Below, piece after piece: positions 49,381-60,056 of a stretch of 64,000 bases of DNA. The translations under genes and the position numbers were made by a program. A model generated the notes under the pieces. It was not told where the DNA came from. It saw only the letters and a list, made by a program, of their open reading frames with translations, and did not search any database. Origin of the DNA: Actinomycetales bacterium (GTDB lineage: Bacteria > Actinomycetota > Actinomycetes > Actinomycetales > CAVURS01); contig JBJMHS010000027.1 of the NCBI GenBank assembly GCA_045807245.1, positions 1-64,000 on the forward strand. The letters run 5' to 3'. The stretch's first letter is position 1, and every line of letters starts with the position of its first letter.

Positions 49381-50706
49381 ATGTGGTCGGCGAAGGGGCC
49401 GCCCTCTGGGCATCACGGCGAGGTCCTGCGGCTCGCCGTACCGGCCTTCGTCACGCTCGTCGCCGAGCCGTTCTTCCTCCTGGCCGACTCGGTCGTCGTC
49501 GGTCATCTCGGCACCGTGCCCCTGGCCGCGCTCGGCGTCGCCTCCGCCGTCCTCATCACCGCCGCCAACATCTTCGTGTTCCTGGCCTACGGCACCACCG
49601 GTGCCGTCGCGCGCAGGCTCGGTGCCGGCGACCATCCAGGAGCTCTCGGTCTCGGTGTCGACGGCCTGTGGCTCGCCCTCGTCCTCGGCTTGGCCGCCGG
49701 GCTCGTGATGCTGCTGCTGGGTGGCGACCTCGCGCGCTGGCTCGGTGCGGACGGCGCCGTGCACCACCCGGCCACCACCTACCTGCAGATCAGCGCGGTG
49801 TCCGTCCCGGCCATGCTGCTCAACCTGGCGTCCACCGGCGTACTGCGCGGCCTGCAGGACACCCGGACACCACTCGTCGTCGCGCTGGTCGGGTTTCCGG
49901 CGAACGCCGCCCTCAACGTGGCGCTGGTGTACGGCGCGGGGCTGGGTATCGCCGGCTCGGCCCTGGGCACCACGATCGCGCAGCTCGGCATGGCCGTCGC
50001 TCTGATGTCGGTCGTCGTACGGCTCGCTCGCCGCAACGGTGCCTCCCTGCACGCGCACCCGACCCGGGTGCTCGGTGCCGCGCGTGAAGGCGTACCCCTC
50101 CTGCTGCGCACGCTGTCCCTGCGGGCCGTCTTCCTGCTGTCGACCTGGGTCGCGGCGGCGCTCGGCGTGGTCTCCCTCGCGGCGTTCCAGGTGTCGACCA
50201 CGGTCTGGTCGACGCTCGCGTTCGCCCTCGACGCGCTGGCGATCGCCGGTCAGGCACTGACCGGGCGCTACCTCGGGGCCGGCGACGTAGCGGGAGCGCG
50301 CGCAGCCACGCGGCTGATGCTCTGGTACGGCGTGGCCGGCGGGTTCGTCTGCGGCGCCGGCATACTCGTGCTGCACCGTGTCCTGCCGCTGGCGTTCACC
50401 TCCGACCACGCCGTGCGCGCGGCCATCGCCGGCGCGCTGATCGTGGTGGCCGTACAGCAGCCGCTGGCCGGCTGGGTGTTCGTGCTCGACGGAGTGCTGA
50501 TCGGAGCCGGCGACGCGCGCTGGCTGGCCGGGATGCAGCTGGCCATCCTCGCGGCGTACCTGCCGATGGCTCTGCTCGTGCGATCCCAAGCCCACGACGT
50601 CGCCGTCCTGTGGTGGGCCGTGACGGCCTGGATGCTGCTGCGCGGCGTCGCACTGGGCCTGAGGGCCCGCAGCGATGCCTGGCTCGTCGTCGGCGCCACC
50701 CGCTGA
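49381..50706 (+). CDS. MATE family efflux transporter (start uncertain)
   Basis: LAVPAF..LVAEP...LADS..VGHLG, GVLRGLQDTRTP, LDGVLIGAGD. Confidence 0.9.
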   Translation: MWSAKGPPSGHHGEVLRLAVPAFVTLVAEPFFLLADSVVVGHLGTVPLAALGVASAVLITAANIFVFLAYGTTGAVARRLGAGDHPGALGLGVDGLWLALVLGLAAGLVMLLLGGDLARWLGADGAVHHPATTYLQISAVSVPAMLLNLASTGVLRGLQDTRTPLVVALVGFPANAALNVALVYGAGLGIAGSALGTTIAQLGMAVALMSVVVRLARRNGASLHAHPTRVLGAAREGVPLLLRTLSLRAVFLLSTWVAAALGVVSLAAFQVSTTVWSTLAFALDALAIAGQALTGRYLGAGDVAGARAATRLMLWYGVAGGFVCGAGILVLHRVLPLAFTSDHAVRAAIAGALIVVAVQQPLAGWVFVLDGVLIGAGDARWLAGMQLAILAAYLPMALLVRSQAHDVAVLWWAVTAWMLLRGVALGLRARSDAWLVVGATR

Positions 50707-50760
50707 GTCGGCACCCCCGCCCACCCCCACCGCGCGGGGGAGGGAGCACCCAAGCCGGGG

Positions 50761-51207
50761 TCAGCCGGCGACGACCTCGAGGGTCAGGGTGGCCTTGACG
50801 CCTTCGTGCAGGTGCACCGTCAGCTCGTGGCTGCCCAGCGACTTGACCGGCTGCGGCAGCTCGACCTTGCGGCGGTCCAGCTGCGGGCCACCGGACGCGG
50901 ACACCGCAGCGACGATGTCGGCCGGCGTCACAGCGCCGAACAGCCGCCCGGACGCGCCGGCCTTGGCCGACAGCCGCACCGGCTTGCTCTCCAGCGAGGC
51001 CTTGACCGACTGCGCCTCGTCGAGCGTCTTGATCTCGCGCGTGGTCCGGGCCTTCTGGATCGCGGCGACCTGCTTCTCCCCGCCCTTGGTCCACGCGACG
51101 GCCAGCGCGCGCGGCAGCAGGTAGTTGCGGGCGTACCCGTCCTTGACCTCGACCACGTCGCCCGGCGTACCGAGACCGGAGACCTCCTGAGTCAGGATCA
51201 GCTTCAT
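50761..51207 (-). CDS. rplI: 50S ribosomal protein L9
   Basis: [38 protein letters not shown]. Confidence 0.97.
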   Translation of the reverse strand: MKLILTQEVSGLGTPGDVVEVKDGYARNYLLPRALAVAWTKGGEKQVAAIQKARTTREIKTLDEAQSVKASLESKPVRLSAKAGASGRLFGAVTPADIVAAVSASGGPQLDRRKVELPQPVKSLGSHELTVHLHEGVKATLTLEVVAG

Positions 51208-51221
51208 CGGACGATCCCTCC

Positions 51222-51458
51222 TCAGCGGGCCGAGCTCGAGTACGGCAGCAGCGCCATCTCGCGGGCGTTCTTGACCGCCTTCGCGATCTGCCGCTGCTCC
51301 TGGACACTGACGCCGGTCACCCGGCGCGCGCGGATCTTGCCGCGGTCGGAGATGAACTTGCGCAGCAGCGCGGTGTCCTTGTAGTCGACCGCCTCGATCT
51401 TGGCGGCCTTCAACGGGTTCTGCTTCTTCTTGGGCTTGCGAATCACTGGCTTGGGCAT
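51222..51458 (-). CDS. rpsR: 30S ribosomal protein S18
   Basis: [31 protein letters not shown]. Confidence 0.97.
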   Translation of the reverse strand: MPKPVIRKPKKKQNPLKAAKIEAVDYKDTALLRKFISDRGKIRARRVTGVSVQEQRQIAKAVKNAREMALLPYSSSAR

Positions 51459-51490
51459 CGTGGGTACTCCTCGTAAGACGAAACGTCGGG

Positions 51491-52063
51491 TCAGAAGGGG
51501 GGCTCGTCGTACGACGACCCGCCGGAGCCACCGGAGGGGCCGGTCGCCCACGGGTCCTCGCCGCCGCCTGAACCACTGGAGCCGCCAGAACCACCAGAGC
51601 CGCTGGAACCACCGGAGCCGCCGCCCGGCGACCCCCAGCCGCCCTGGCCGCCGCCGCCCTGGCCGCCGCCACCCTGGCCGCCACCACCGCCGCCGGACCG
51701 TTGGGTGCGGTTGATCTTCGCGGTGGCGTAGCGCAGGGACGGGCCGACCTCGTCGACCTCGAGCTCCAAGACGGTGCGCTTCTCACCTTCCTTGGTCTCG
51801 TACGAGCGGCTCTTGAGCCGGCCCGTGACGATGACCCGGTTGCCCCGCTGGAGCGACTCGGCGATGTTCTCCGCCGCCTCGCGCCACACCGAGCAGCGCA
51901 TGAACAGCGTCTCCTGGTCCTTCCACTCGTTCGACTGCCGGTCGAACGCGCGAGGGGTCGAGGCGACGGTGAAGTTGGCGACGGCCGCGCCGGACGGCGT
52001 GAACCGCAGCTCGGGGTCACCCGTCAGGTTCCCGACGACCGTGATGATGGTGTCGCCGGCCAT
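51491..52063 (-). CDS. ssb: Single-stranded DNA-binding protein
   Basis: [24 protein letters not shown]; Gly-rich linker; DEPPF tail. Confidence 0.97.
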   Translation of the reverse strand: MAGDTIITVVGNLTGDPELRFTPSGAAVANFTVASTPRAFDRQSNEWKDQETLFMRCSVWREAAENIAESLQRGNRVIVTGRLKSRSYETKEGEKRTVLELEVDEVGPSLRYATAKINRTQRSGGGGGGQGGGGQGGGGQGGWGSPGGGSGGSSGSGGSGGSSGSGGGEDPWATGPSGGSGGSSYDEPPF

Positions 52064-52064
52064 G

Positions 52065-52355
52065 TCAGCGCGCCCCCGGCCGGAGCAGCTTGGTCCGGAG
52101 CACGGACTCGTTCAGGCCCAGCTGCCGGTCGAGCTCCTTGGCCACCTCGGGCGTCGCGGTCATGTTGACCACGGCGTAGATGCCCTCGGACCGCTTGTTG
52201 ATGTCGTAGGCGAGCCGGCGGCGTCCCCAGATGTCGACGTTGTCGACCGTGCCGCCGCCTTGGCGGACGACGTTGAGGAACCGGTCCAGGCTCGGGGCCA
52301 CGGTCCGCTCCTCGAGCTCGGGGTCGAGGATCACCATGAGTTCGTACTCACGCAT
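52065..52355 (-). CDS. rpsF: 30S ribosomal protein S6
   Basis: [33 protein letters not shown]. Confidence 0.97.
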   Translation of the reverse strand: MREYELMVILDPELEERTVAPSLDRFLNVVRQGGGTVDNVDIWGRRRLAYDINKRSEGIYAVVNMTATPEVAKELDRQLGLNESVLRTKLLRPGAR

Positions 52356-52363
52356 GTCGGTAC

Positions 52364-52412
52364 CCACCTCCTCTGGTCTAGGCGGTCACGGTCTCTCCGT
52401 GACAGGAGGGTC
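52364..52412 (-). ncRNA. S6:S18 ribosomal protein leader (cis-regulatory RNA)
   Basis: CCTCCT pairs with SD AGGAGG; inner stem GTCACGG/CCGTGAC followed by CCG; directly upstream of rpsF. Confidence 0.75.
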
Positions 52413-52523
52413 ATGCATGAGCCGCAGCCGCCCACCGGCAGCCACGGCGCTCGTTCAGGCTACCGGCGCACCCGGCCGATCCCGAAATCCGCCGGCCCGA
52501 CCCTGTGGAAAGCCGGAGGCGCG

Positions 52524-54005
52524 TCAGGTGATCCGCACGATCAGCTTGTCCGGCGCGCCGTCCAACGGTCCGCCGAGCGGGTCGTCGACGTACGGCCGGT
52601 CAACGGCGTACGCCGTCCGCCCGCCATCCGCGGCGAAGGACAGGACGGCGTCCGGGTCGGGGTTGCGCACGGGGTCGCGTTCGGCCCGCCAGGCCGAACG
52701 GAAGGTCTGCACGACCAGCCAGCCGACCAGCACCAGCCGCAGGACCAGCAGCCAGACGTAGCCGCGCCCGGGCAGCCCGCGGGTCGGCGTCGAGATGCTC
52801 GCGGCGTACAGCCAGACCGCCACGAAGTAGAGCGCCTCGGCCACGAACCAGGCCAGGTGGTCGCGCCATCGGGGCAGGGCCAGCGCCACCAGCGGCAGCA
52901 GCCACAGCGAGGACTGCACGGGGAACGACTTGCCGGTGATGAGGACGATCCCCACGACCACGAGGGCGACCTGGGCCACCCGCGGCCGCCGGGGTGCCGC
53001 CAGCGCCAGGACCGCACCGGTCAGCAGGGCCACGACCCAGCCGAGGATCGCGAACCGGGTGGCCGACGCGGCCGTGAGCCCGTGCAGCAGGAAGGCCGGC
53101 AGCCCGTGGCCGTGGATCCCGCCCCGCGGTCCCCAGATGCCGGGGATCAGCCAGGGTGAGCCGTAGCCGGCCGTCGACGTCCGCCAGGAGTCGTACGCCG
53201 AGGTGACACCGTCCGGGTTGGCGAGCAGCCACGGCACGACCACCACGGCCGCGGCCACGACCGCCCAGCCGGCCGTGACCCACCAGTCCCGGACCCGACC
53301 GGCGCGGGTGGCGAGCAGCCCGAGCACCAGGACGAGCAGGATCGGGTAGGTCCGGGCGCTGATGGCCAGGCCGAGCAGGACGCCCGCGAGCGCCGGGCGG
53401 TTGCGCCCCCAGGCGAGCAGCCCGGCCGAGGCGAGGGTGACGCCGAGCAGGTCCGGCGACACGAGGGCCAGCGGGACCAGCAGCGGGCTGAGCGCGACAT
53501 GGGCGGCGTCCCACGGACGGCCCCGCGCGCTGGCGACGGTGACCAGCACCAGTGTGGCCAGGCAGCACGCGATGAGCGCGGTCCACAGGTCCAGGTACCA
53601 GCGGTCCTGCGCCACCCGGGACCCGTCCGGCACGACCTTTGCGACCCCCCACATGGCCAGCCCGGTCAGTACCGGCTGCTCGAGGTAGTGCCCCTGCGAG
53701 GCCGCCGCGTACGGCGCGTCACCGGCCGCCATCCCGGACTGCTCGTAAACCACCGGCAGGTCGCTGTAGCAGGCGTGGAAGAACATGTCGGGCGTCGACC
53801 AGCCGCCGGACCGGCAGTGCTGCTTCTGTACGACGGCCAGCGCCAGCATGACCATCGAGGCCACGACCAGCACGCGGGCGACCGTCCACCAGCCGCGGCG
53901 CCCGGGTGCGGCTCGGCGGCCGGCCGGGCCACCCACGACGGCGCTGGCGGCCGCGACGACGGGGTCCTCCCGCGACGGCGAGACGACCCCGTCAGCCATG
54001 TTCAC
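52524..54005 (-). CDS. GT87/DUF2029 polytopic membrane glycosyltransferase
   Basis: ACYSDL, LEQPVLTG, many TM helices; conserved position between PBP1A and rpsF. Confidence 0.85.
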   Translation of the reverse strand: MNMADGVVSPSREDPVVAAASAVVGGPAGRRAAPGRRGWWTVARVLVVASMVMLALAVVQKQHCRSGGWSTPDMFFHACYSDLPVVYEQSGMAAGDAPYAAASQGHYLEQPVLTGLAMWGVAKVVPDGSRVAQDRWYLDLWTALIACCLATLVLVTVASARGRPWDAAHVALSPLLVPLALVSPDLLGVTLASAGLLAWGRNRPALAGVLLGLAISARTYPILLVLVLGLLATRAGRVRDWWVTAGWAVVAAAVVVVPWLLANPDGVTSAYDSWRTSTAGYGSPWLIPGIWGPRGGIHGHGLPAFLLHGLTAASATRFAILGWVVALLTGAVLALAAPRRPRVAQVALVVVGIVLITGKSFPVQSSLWLLPLVALALPRWRDHLAWFVAEALYFVAVWLYAASISTPTRGLPGRGYVWLLVLRLVLVGWLVVQTFRSAWRAERDPVRNPDPDAVLSFAADGGRTAYAVDRPYVDDPLGGPLDGAPDKLIVRIT

Positions 54006-54039
54006 CCCGGCATCATCCACTGCTCGGAGGGCCGGGAGC

Positions 54040-56178
54040 TCAACGGCTGGTGCGCCGGCCCCCGGCGGCTCCACGTGCGACGCCCGCCACCGCCGGCTCG
54101 CCCTGCGCCAGCGCCGGGGCGGTCGGCGTGCCACCGCCCGGCCCGGTCGACGTCGGAGACCCCGTGGGTGTGTGGGTCGGGGTATGGGTCGGCGTCTCGG
54201 TCGGCGTCTGGGTGGCGGTCTGGGTCGGGGTCGGTGTCGCGGTCTTCGTCGGTGCCGGGTTGATCGGCGCGCCCACGTCCGCACGGGGCGGGAAGTCCTT
54301 GACCGCCATGCCCTTCATCGCGCCCTTCATGTACGCCGTCCAGATCGGTACGGCGAACGTCGCACCCTGGACGTCACTGCGCCCGCCCAGGCCGTTGAGG
54401 GACTCGACCTTGCCGCTCTTGCTGTTGCGATACATGCCGACGGCCGTTGCCAGCTGCGGTGTGAAGCCGTCGAACCAGGCGGAGACGTTGCCGTTCGTCG
54501 TACCGGTCTTGCCCGCTGCGGGTCGGCCGAGGGCGTTCGCCGCCGCTCCGGTGCCGTGCAGCACGACCTGCTGCATCGCGTACGTCGCGTCGGCCATGAC
54601 ACCTGCGTCGTACACCCGCTCGAGCTTCGGTTTGGCGGTGTAGCTCACCTTGCCGTCGGTGCTGGTGACCTTGGCGACGGTGTACGGCTCGGCCCGGATC
54701 CCTTGGGCCGCAATGGTTGCGTAGGCATCGGCCATGTCGATGACGTGGGGCGAAGAGGTGCCCAGCACGTTGGCCGGGTTGTCGGTGAGGCCGGCAGTCG
54801 TCTCGGGCAGACCCATGCGGATCGAGGTGTCGCGCGTCTGCGCGGGCCCCACCTTGGCGTTCAGCTGGGCGAACACCGTGTTGACCGAGTGCTCGGTCGC
54901 CTTGACCAGGTCGATCTGGCCGAACTGCTCGTTGCCGAAGTTCCGCACCGGCTTCGGGAAGCCCTTGACCTTCATCGGGCTGCCGCCGCTGAACCGCGAC
55001 TTCAAGCTGATGCCCTCCTGCAAGGCGGTCACCAACGCGAACGGCTTGAACGTCGAGCCGGCCTGCATCGTCGCCTGGGTCGCCGCGTTGTACGGCAAGG
55101 TGATCGAGTTCGGGCCGCCGTACATGGCGGTCACGGCGCCGTTGCCGGGCCGGATCGACACCAGCCCGACCCGCACGCCCTTGTCGTCCTGGGTCGGCAT
55201 CTGGTCCTTGATGGCCTGCACGGCCGCCGCCTGGTCGTCCTTGTTGAACGTGGTGACGATGCGCAGCCCGGCCTGGTCGACGAACGCGTCGTCCACGTGC
55301 AGCTTTGCCTCGACCTCACGCCGTACGACGTCGAGCAGGTAGCCGGTCGGACTGCCATGGGCGGCGGACACCGGGCGCTTCGCGATCGTGGGGTACTGCA
55401 TCGAGCCGACCTGCGCCTGGGTCAGCCAGCGCTTCTGGACCATGCCGTCGAGGACGTAGCTCCAGCGCTCCTTGGCCCGCTCCGGGTTGACCGCCGGGTC
55501 GTAGATCGCGGGCGCTCGGATGACGCTGGCCAGGACCGCGCCCTCGGCCGGGGTCAGCTTGCTGACGTCCTTGTTGAAGTACGCCTTGCTCGCCGCCTGG
55601 ATGCCGGACGCGCCGCGGCCGAAGTAGATGGTGTTCAGGTAGTCGGCCAGGATCACGTTCTTGTCGGTCGAGCGGTCGATCTTGATCGAGATGAAGAACT
55701 CGCGGAACTTGCGTGAAACGGACCGGTCCTGCGTCAGGAAGTAGTTCTTCACGTACTGCTGGGTGATCGTCGAGGCGCCCTGCAGCGGACCGCCGGACAC
55801 GTCGTTCCAGGCCGCCCGCAGGATGCCCTTCGGGTCGATGCCCTTGTTGGTGTAGAAGGTGCGGTCCTCGGCGGAGACGACCTCGTGCTGGACGAAGAGC
55901 GGCACCTGCGACAGGGGCACCGACGTCCGGTTGACGGTGTCGTAGAACCGTCCCAGCTCGGTCTTGCCGTCGGAGTAGTAGACAACTGACGTCTGGGCCT
56001 GCGCCAGCTGGTTCGGCCGCGGGATGTGGGTGCGGGCGTACACCACGCCCATCGTGATCACCAGCAGGCAGAAGGCCGCGAAACCGCTGCCCAGAACCAG
56101 CCTCCAGGACGGCACCCATCGCCGCCAGCCTTCCTTTCCCTGCCTCGGATAGTCCGCGATCCGGGGGAACCTAGCCAC
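54040..56178 (-). CDS. ponA: Class A penicillin-binding protein (PBP1A/PonA)
   Basis: AEDRTF, GASTITQQYVKN, YLNTIYFG, GSTFK, SVN, KTGT; PT-rich tail. Confidence 0.93.
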   Translation of the reverse strand: MARFPRIADYPRQGKEGWRRWVPSWRLVLGSGFAAFCLLVITMGVVYARTHIPRPNQLAQAQTSVVYYSDGKTELGRFYDTVNRTSVPLSQVPLFVQHEVVSAEDRTFYTNKGIDPKGILRAAWNDVSGGPLQGASTITQQYVKNYFLTQDRSVSRKFREFFISIKIDRSTDKNVILADYLNTIYFGRGASGIQAASKAYFNKDVSKLTPAEGAVLASVIRAPAIYDPAVNPERAKERWSYVLDGMVQKRWLTQAQVGSMQYPTIAKRPVSAAHGSPTGYLLDVVRREVEAKLHVDDAFVDQAGLRIVTTFNKDDQAAAVQAIKDQMPTQDDKGVRVGLVSIRPGNGAVTAMYGGPNSITLPYNAATQATMQAGSTFKPFALVTALQEGISLKSRFSGGSPMKVKGFPKPVRNFGNEQFGQIDLVKATEHSVNTVFAQLNAKVGPAQTRDTSIRMGLPETTAGLTDNPANVLGTSSPHVIDMADAYATIAAQGIRAEPYTVAKVTSTDGKVSYTAKPKLERVYDAGVMADATYAMQQVVLHGTGAAANALGRPAAGKTGTTNGNVSAWFDGFTPQLATAVGMYRNSKSGKVESLNGLGGRSDVQGATFAVPIWTAYMKGAMKGMAVKDFPPRADVGAPINPAPTKTATPTPTQTATQTPTETPTHTPTHTPTGSPTSTGPGGGTPTAPALAQGEPAVAGVARGAAGGRRTSR

Positions 56179-56181
56179 GGG

Positions 56182-56709
56182 TCACGTGCCCCATTCGTCC
56201 TCGACGGTGCGCTGGCGTCTCGGTGCCGAGCGCGGCTTGCCGTCCCCCACGACGTACGACGCGACCAGGTGGTTCCACCCACACGAGATGCACACCTCGA
56301 CGACGTAGACCTTCACATCGCCGGCGGTCATCGAAAGCGTGGCGATCTCGTCCTGAGTGCGGATCCGGCCGGCGTACTGGCCCAGCTCGTCGCCGTACAG
56401 GTAGCGCAGGAAGACCAGGCCGCCGGCACCGGGCAGTCCCGGGCCGCCGTTGATGCCGAGCCGGGGGTCGAGCCGGTCGGCCTTGGTGAGCGGTTTGGCC
56501 GGCGGGCGGTCGCCCCGGCAGACCGGGCAGCTCCGGCTGCTCGGCTCACCGTGGTGCAGCGCGGCCCGGATCAGGTCCGGATGCGGGTCGCAGACATCGG
56601 TGGTCGTGACGTACCCGCTGCGCAGGTCCTGCAACGTCGCCTGCCGCACGAGTGCGTAGTCGACGAACGACCGCACCCCGACGGTCGCCCGCGGCGGACG
56701 AAGAGACAT
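56182..56709 (-). CDS. DUF5318 family protein
   Basis: VDYAL.R, VCDPHPDL, CPVC, YVVEVC..C.WNHL. Confidence 0.88.
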   Translation of the reverse strand: MSLRPPRATVGVRSFVDYALVRQATLQDLRSGYVTTTDVCDPHPDLIRAALHHGEPSSRSCPVCRGDRPPAKPLTKADRLDPRLGINGGPGLPGAGGLVFLRYLYGDELGQYAGRIRTQDEIATLSMTAGDVKVYVVEVCISCGWNHLVASYVVGDGKPRSAPRRQRTVEDEWGT

Positions 56710-56766
56710 CGGCCCAGCCTACGGGGCCGCTTGGCGATCGGCCGAACATGACGTATGGTCTCCCCA

Positions 56767-56787
56767 GATATATCGGGCCGATACATC
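56767..56787. promoter_or_regulatory. Palindromic operator upstream of padR-ino1
   Basis: GATATATCG-ggc-CGATACATC (one mismatch). Confidence 0.65.
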
Positions 56788-56798
56788 GGGAGGAACGT

Positions 56799-57395
56799 GT
56801 GAGCCGTCGCAGCGGCCTGCTCGACCTCGCCGTGCTCGGCCTCCTGCACGAGAGCCCCTTGCACGGCTACGAGCTGCGCAAGCGGCTCAACGCGCTGCTC
56901 GGATCCTTCCGGGCGCTGTCCTACGGCACGCTCTACCCGTGCTTGAAGAGCCTGGTCGCCCGCGGCTGGATCGTCGAGAGCGCGGCCGGGGCGACGCCGG
57001 GCGCCGGCCGGGCGAAGGTCGTCTACGAGCTCACGGCGGACGGCAAGGAGCAGTTCCAGGACCTGCTGGGCGAGGCCGGGCCGGCGGCCTGGGAGGACGA
57101 GAGCTTCGACGTACGGTTCGCGTTCTTCGCGCGCACCGACGCTGCCGTCCGGCTGCGCATCCTGGAGGGACGCCGTACCCGTCTGGAAGAGCGGCTGGAC
57201 AACATCAAGGCCGCCTCCACGCGAGCCCGTGACCGGCTGGACGCGTACACCCAGGAGCTGCAGCGGCACGGCCTGGACGCCGCCGAGCGCGAGGTGCGCT
57301 GGCTCAACGAGCTGATCGAGACCGAGCGGTCCAGCAAGGGCCGCACCGGCAAGAACCCCCGCAACCCCCGCAACCCCGGGAAGAGAACGACATGA
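56799..57395 (+). CDS. PadR family regulator
   Basis: [23 protein letters not shown]; ino1-linked. Confidence 0.92.
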   Translation: MSRRSGLLDLAVLGLLHESPLHGYELRKRLNALLGSFRALSYGTLYPCLKSLVARGWIVESAAGATPGAGRAKVVYELTADGKEQFQDLLGEAGPAAWEDESFDVRFAFFARTDAAVRLRILEGRRTRLEERLDNIKAASTRARDRLDAYTQELQRHGLDAAEREVRWLNELIETERSSKGRTGKNPRNPRNPGKRTT

Positions 57396-57454
57396 CCAGT
57401 AACGACAAGCCCGTCGGGGACACCCTCGGGAACACAGAGAGCAAGGAGCAACGC

Positions 57455-58534
57455 ATGGGATCCGTCCGCGTCGCCATCGTCGGCGTAGGGAACTGCGCCT
57501 CGTCACTGGTGCAGGGAGTCCACTACTACGCAGACGCCGACCCGAACGGCACGGTGCCGGGTCTGATGCACGTGGCCTTCGGCGAGTACCACGTCCGTGA
57601 CGTGGAGTTCGTCGCCGCGTTCGACGTTGACGCCAAGAAGGTCGGGTTCGACCTGTCGGAGGCGATCGGCGCGAGCGAGAACAACACGATCAAGTTCGCC
57701 ACCGTGCCGCCCATGGGTGTGACGGTGCAGCGCGGCGTAACGCTCGACGGCCTGGGCAAGTACTACCAGCAGACGATCGAGGAGTCGGACGCCGAGCCGG
57801 TCGACGTGGTGAGCGCGCTGCGCGAGGCCCAGGTCGACGTCCTGGTGTCGTATCTGCCGGTCGGCTCCGAGGCGGCGGACAAGTTCTACGCGCAGTGCGC
57901 CATCGACGCGGGCGTGGCCTTCGTCAACGCGCTGCCGGTCTTCATCGCGAGCGACCCGGAGTGGGCGGCCAAGTTCGAGGCCGCCGGCGTGCCGATCATC
58001 GGTGACGACATCAAGTCGCAGGTGGGCGCCACCATCACGCACCGGGTGATGGCGAAGCTGTTCGAGGACCGCGGCGTCGTGCTGGACCGGACCTACCAGC
58101 TCAACGTCGGCGGCAACATGGACTTCAAGAACATGCTCGAGCGCGAGCGCCTGGAGTCCAAGAAGATCTCCAAGACCCAGGCCGTCACGTCGAACCTGAG
58201 CCACGACCTCGGCGCCCGCAACGTGCACATCGGCCCGTCGGACTACGTGCAGTGGCTCGACGACCGCAAGTGGGCCTACGTCCGGCTCGAGGGCCGTGCG
58301 TTCGGCGACGTGCCGCTGAACCTCGAGTACAAGCTCGAGGTCTGGGACTCCCCGAACTCGGCGGGCATCATCATCGACGCCATCCGGGCGGCGAAGATCG
58401 CCAAGGACCGCGGCATCGGCGGGCCGCTGCTCGCCGCGTCGTCGTACCTGATGAAGTCGCCGCCGGTGCAGACGCCGGACGACCTCGGGCGGGCCAACCT
58501 CGAGGCCTTCATCCGCGGCGAGGCCGAGCGCTGA
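57455..58534 (+). CDS. ino1: myo-inositol-1-phosphate synthase
   Basis: [47 protein letters not shown]. Confidence 0.97.
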   Translation: MGSVRVAIVGVGNCASSLVQGVHYYADADPNGTVPGLMHVAFGEYHVRDVEFVAAFDVDAKKVGFDLSEAIGASENNTIKFATVPPMGVTVQRGVTLDGLGKYYQQTIEESDAEPVDVVSALREAQVDVLVSYLPVGSEAADKFYAQCAIDAGVAFVNALPVFIASDPEWAAKFEAAGVPIIGDDIKSQVGATITHRVMAKLFEDRGVVLDRTYQLNVGGNMDFKNMLERERLESKKISKTQAVTSNLSHDLGARNVHIGPSDYVQWLDDRKWAYVRLEGRAFGDVPLNLEYKLEVWDSPNSAGIIIDAIRAAKIAKDRGIGGPLLAASSYLMKSPPVQTPDDLGRANLEAFIRGEAER

Positions 58535-58580
58535 GCTCGAACCACGCGTGACGGGCTGACAGTCCGTCGAACCTCATCGG

Positions 58581-58620
58581 CGAAGCGCCGCCCCAGCCCT
58601 CGGCTGCGGGCGGCGTTTCG
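58581..58620 (+). terminator. GC-rich hairpin, probable ino1 terminator
   Basis: cgaagcgccgccccagcc-ctc-ggctgcgggcggcgtttcg. Confidence 0.55.
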
Positions 58621-58679
58621 TCGTCCGGGCACGACCAACTGTCGCGGCCTGGCTCGCGCACACGGCCTAGCCTGCGGGC

Positions 58680-59951
58680 GTGACCGTCGTGCTCGCCCTG
58701 CGCCACCTGGCGCGGGGAGCCGGTTACCGCCGTCTGCTCGCGGTCCGGCTGGCCGGGCAGTGCGGCGACGGGGTGTTCGAGGTGACGCTGGCCAGCCTGT
58801 TCTTCTTCAACCCGCAGGAGGAGCCGACGCCCGAGCGGATCGCCGCCGCGTTCGCGGTGCTCCTGCTGCCGTTCACCGTCGTCGGTCCCTGGGTCGGCGT
58901 GCTGCTCGACCGCTGGCGGCGGCGGCAGGTGCTGTTCGCCGGGTATGGCCTCCGCGCGTTCGGGGCCTTGGGCGTCGCGGCGATCGCGAGCTCGACCGGC
59001 TGGCCGCTCTACGCGGCGGTGCTGGCGTGCGTCGCCGTGGACCGGTTCCTGCTCGTCGGCCTCTCGGCCGGCCTGCCGCACGTCGTCGCACCCGACGACC
59101 TGGTGACGGCGAACGCGCTCACTCCGACGTTGGGCACGGCGGCGTACTCGGTGGGCGCCGGCATCGCGCTCGCCCTGCGCTGGCTCGACGTCCCGGACCC
59201 TGCGCTGCTGGTCACCTCGGGCGCCGTCCTGGCCGTCGCGTCCGCCCTGGCGCTGCGGCTGGCTCCCTCAGAGCTGGGCCCGGACCGCGTCGTACCGCTG
59301 GTCCAGGGCTGGCGCGCCGTCGGGTCGGGGCTGGCCCAAGGGGTCCGCCATCTGGTCGAGCGTCGGCGCGCGCTCTACGCACTCGGGGCGGTCGGGGCCA
59401 GCAGGTTCGTGTATGCCGCGATGGTGATCGCCTCCATCCTGTTGTGCCGCAACACGTTGGCCGATCCAGCAGACACGAAACGAGGTCTGGCCCTGCTGAG
59501 CCTGGTGGCCGGGTTCTCCGGTGCCGGCTTCCTGGCCGCTGCCGTGGTGACGCCGTTCGCGACCGCGCGGCTCACGCCGTACCGGTGGATCGTCGTCTGT
59601 CTCGCGGCGGCGTCGGTGACGCAGGCGCTGGTGGCCGTCGGCGTGTGGCTGCCCGGGCTCGTCGTCGCCGGGTTCGTGCTCGGGCTCGCGGCGCAGGGGA
59701 TCAAGATCTGCGTGGACACGATCCTGCAGGTCGAGGTCGACGACGCCTTCCGGGGCCGGGTGTTCACGGTCTACGACATGGTGTTCAACGCGGTGTTCGT
59801 GGCAGCGGCGGCCCTGGCTGCGCTCGTGCTCCCGCCCGGGGGCTTCTCCCGCCCGGTCTACCTGGCGCTCGCCGCGGCCTACCTGCTCACCGCCTTCGCT
59901 TACGCCCGCCTGACCTCGGGCACCCCCACCCCCACCCGTCGTACCCCCTGA
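58680..59951 (+). CDS. MFS transporter
   Basis: GVLLDRWRRR, DDAFRGRVF; ~12 TM helices. Confidence 0.88.
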   Translation: MTVVLALRHLARGAGYRRLLAVRLAGQCGDGVFEVTLASLFFFNPQEEPTPERIAAAFAVLLLPFTVVGPWVGVLLDRWRRRQVLFAGYGLRAFGALGVAAIASSTGWPLYAAVLACVAVDRFLLVGLSAGLPHVVAPDDLVTANALTPTLGTAAYSVGAGIALALRWLDVPDPALLVTSGAVLAVASALALRLAPSELGPDRVVPLVQGWRAVGSGLAQGVRHLVERRRALYALGAVGASRFVYAAMVIASILLCRNTLADPADTKRGLALLSLVAGFSGAGFLAAAVVTPFATARLTPYRWIVVCLAAASVTQALVAVGVWLPGLVVAGFVLGLAAQGIKICVDTILQVEVDDAFRGRVFTVYDMVFNAVFVAAAALAALVLPPGGFSRPVYLALAAAYLLTAFAYARLTSGTPTPTRRTP

Positions 59952-60046
59952 AAGCCGGTTTACCCCTCGACGGCCGGTCCGCGGGGCCGATTTCGACCCG
60001 GGCGGCGGCTTTCAGAGGGCAAAGCGGCACTGGAGGGGTACGACGG
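59936..60046. repeat. Palindromic REP/MITE-like element, copy 3
   Basis: Terminal inverted repeat ccgtcgtacccc/ggggtacgacgg; internal aaagccggtttacccc as in copy 1. Confidence 0.8.
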
Positions 60047-60056
60047 CAGGGGACGG

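Noticed and set aside
51520..51700. Gly/Ser repeats in ssb (similarly PT repeats at 54160-54250 in PBP1A)
   Set aside because: Ordinary low-complexity linkers of these families.
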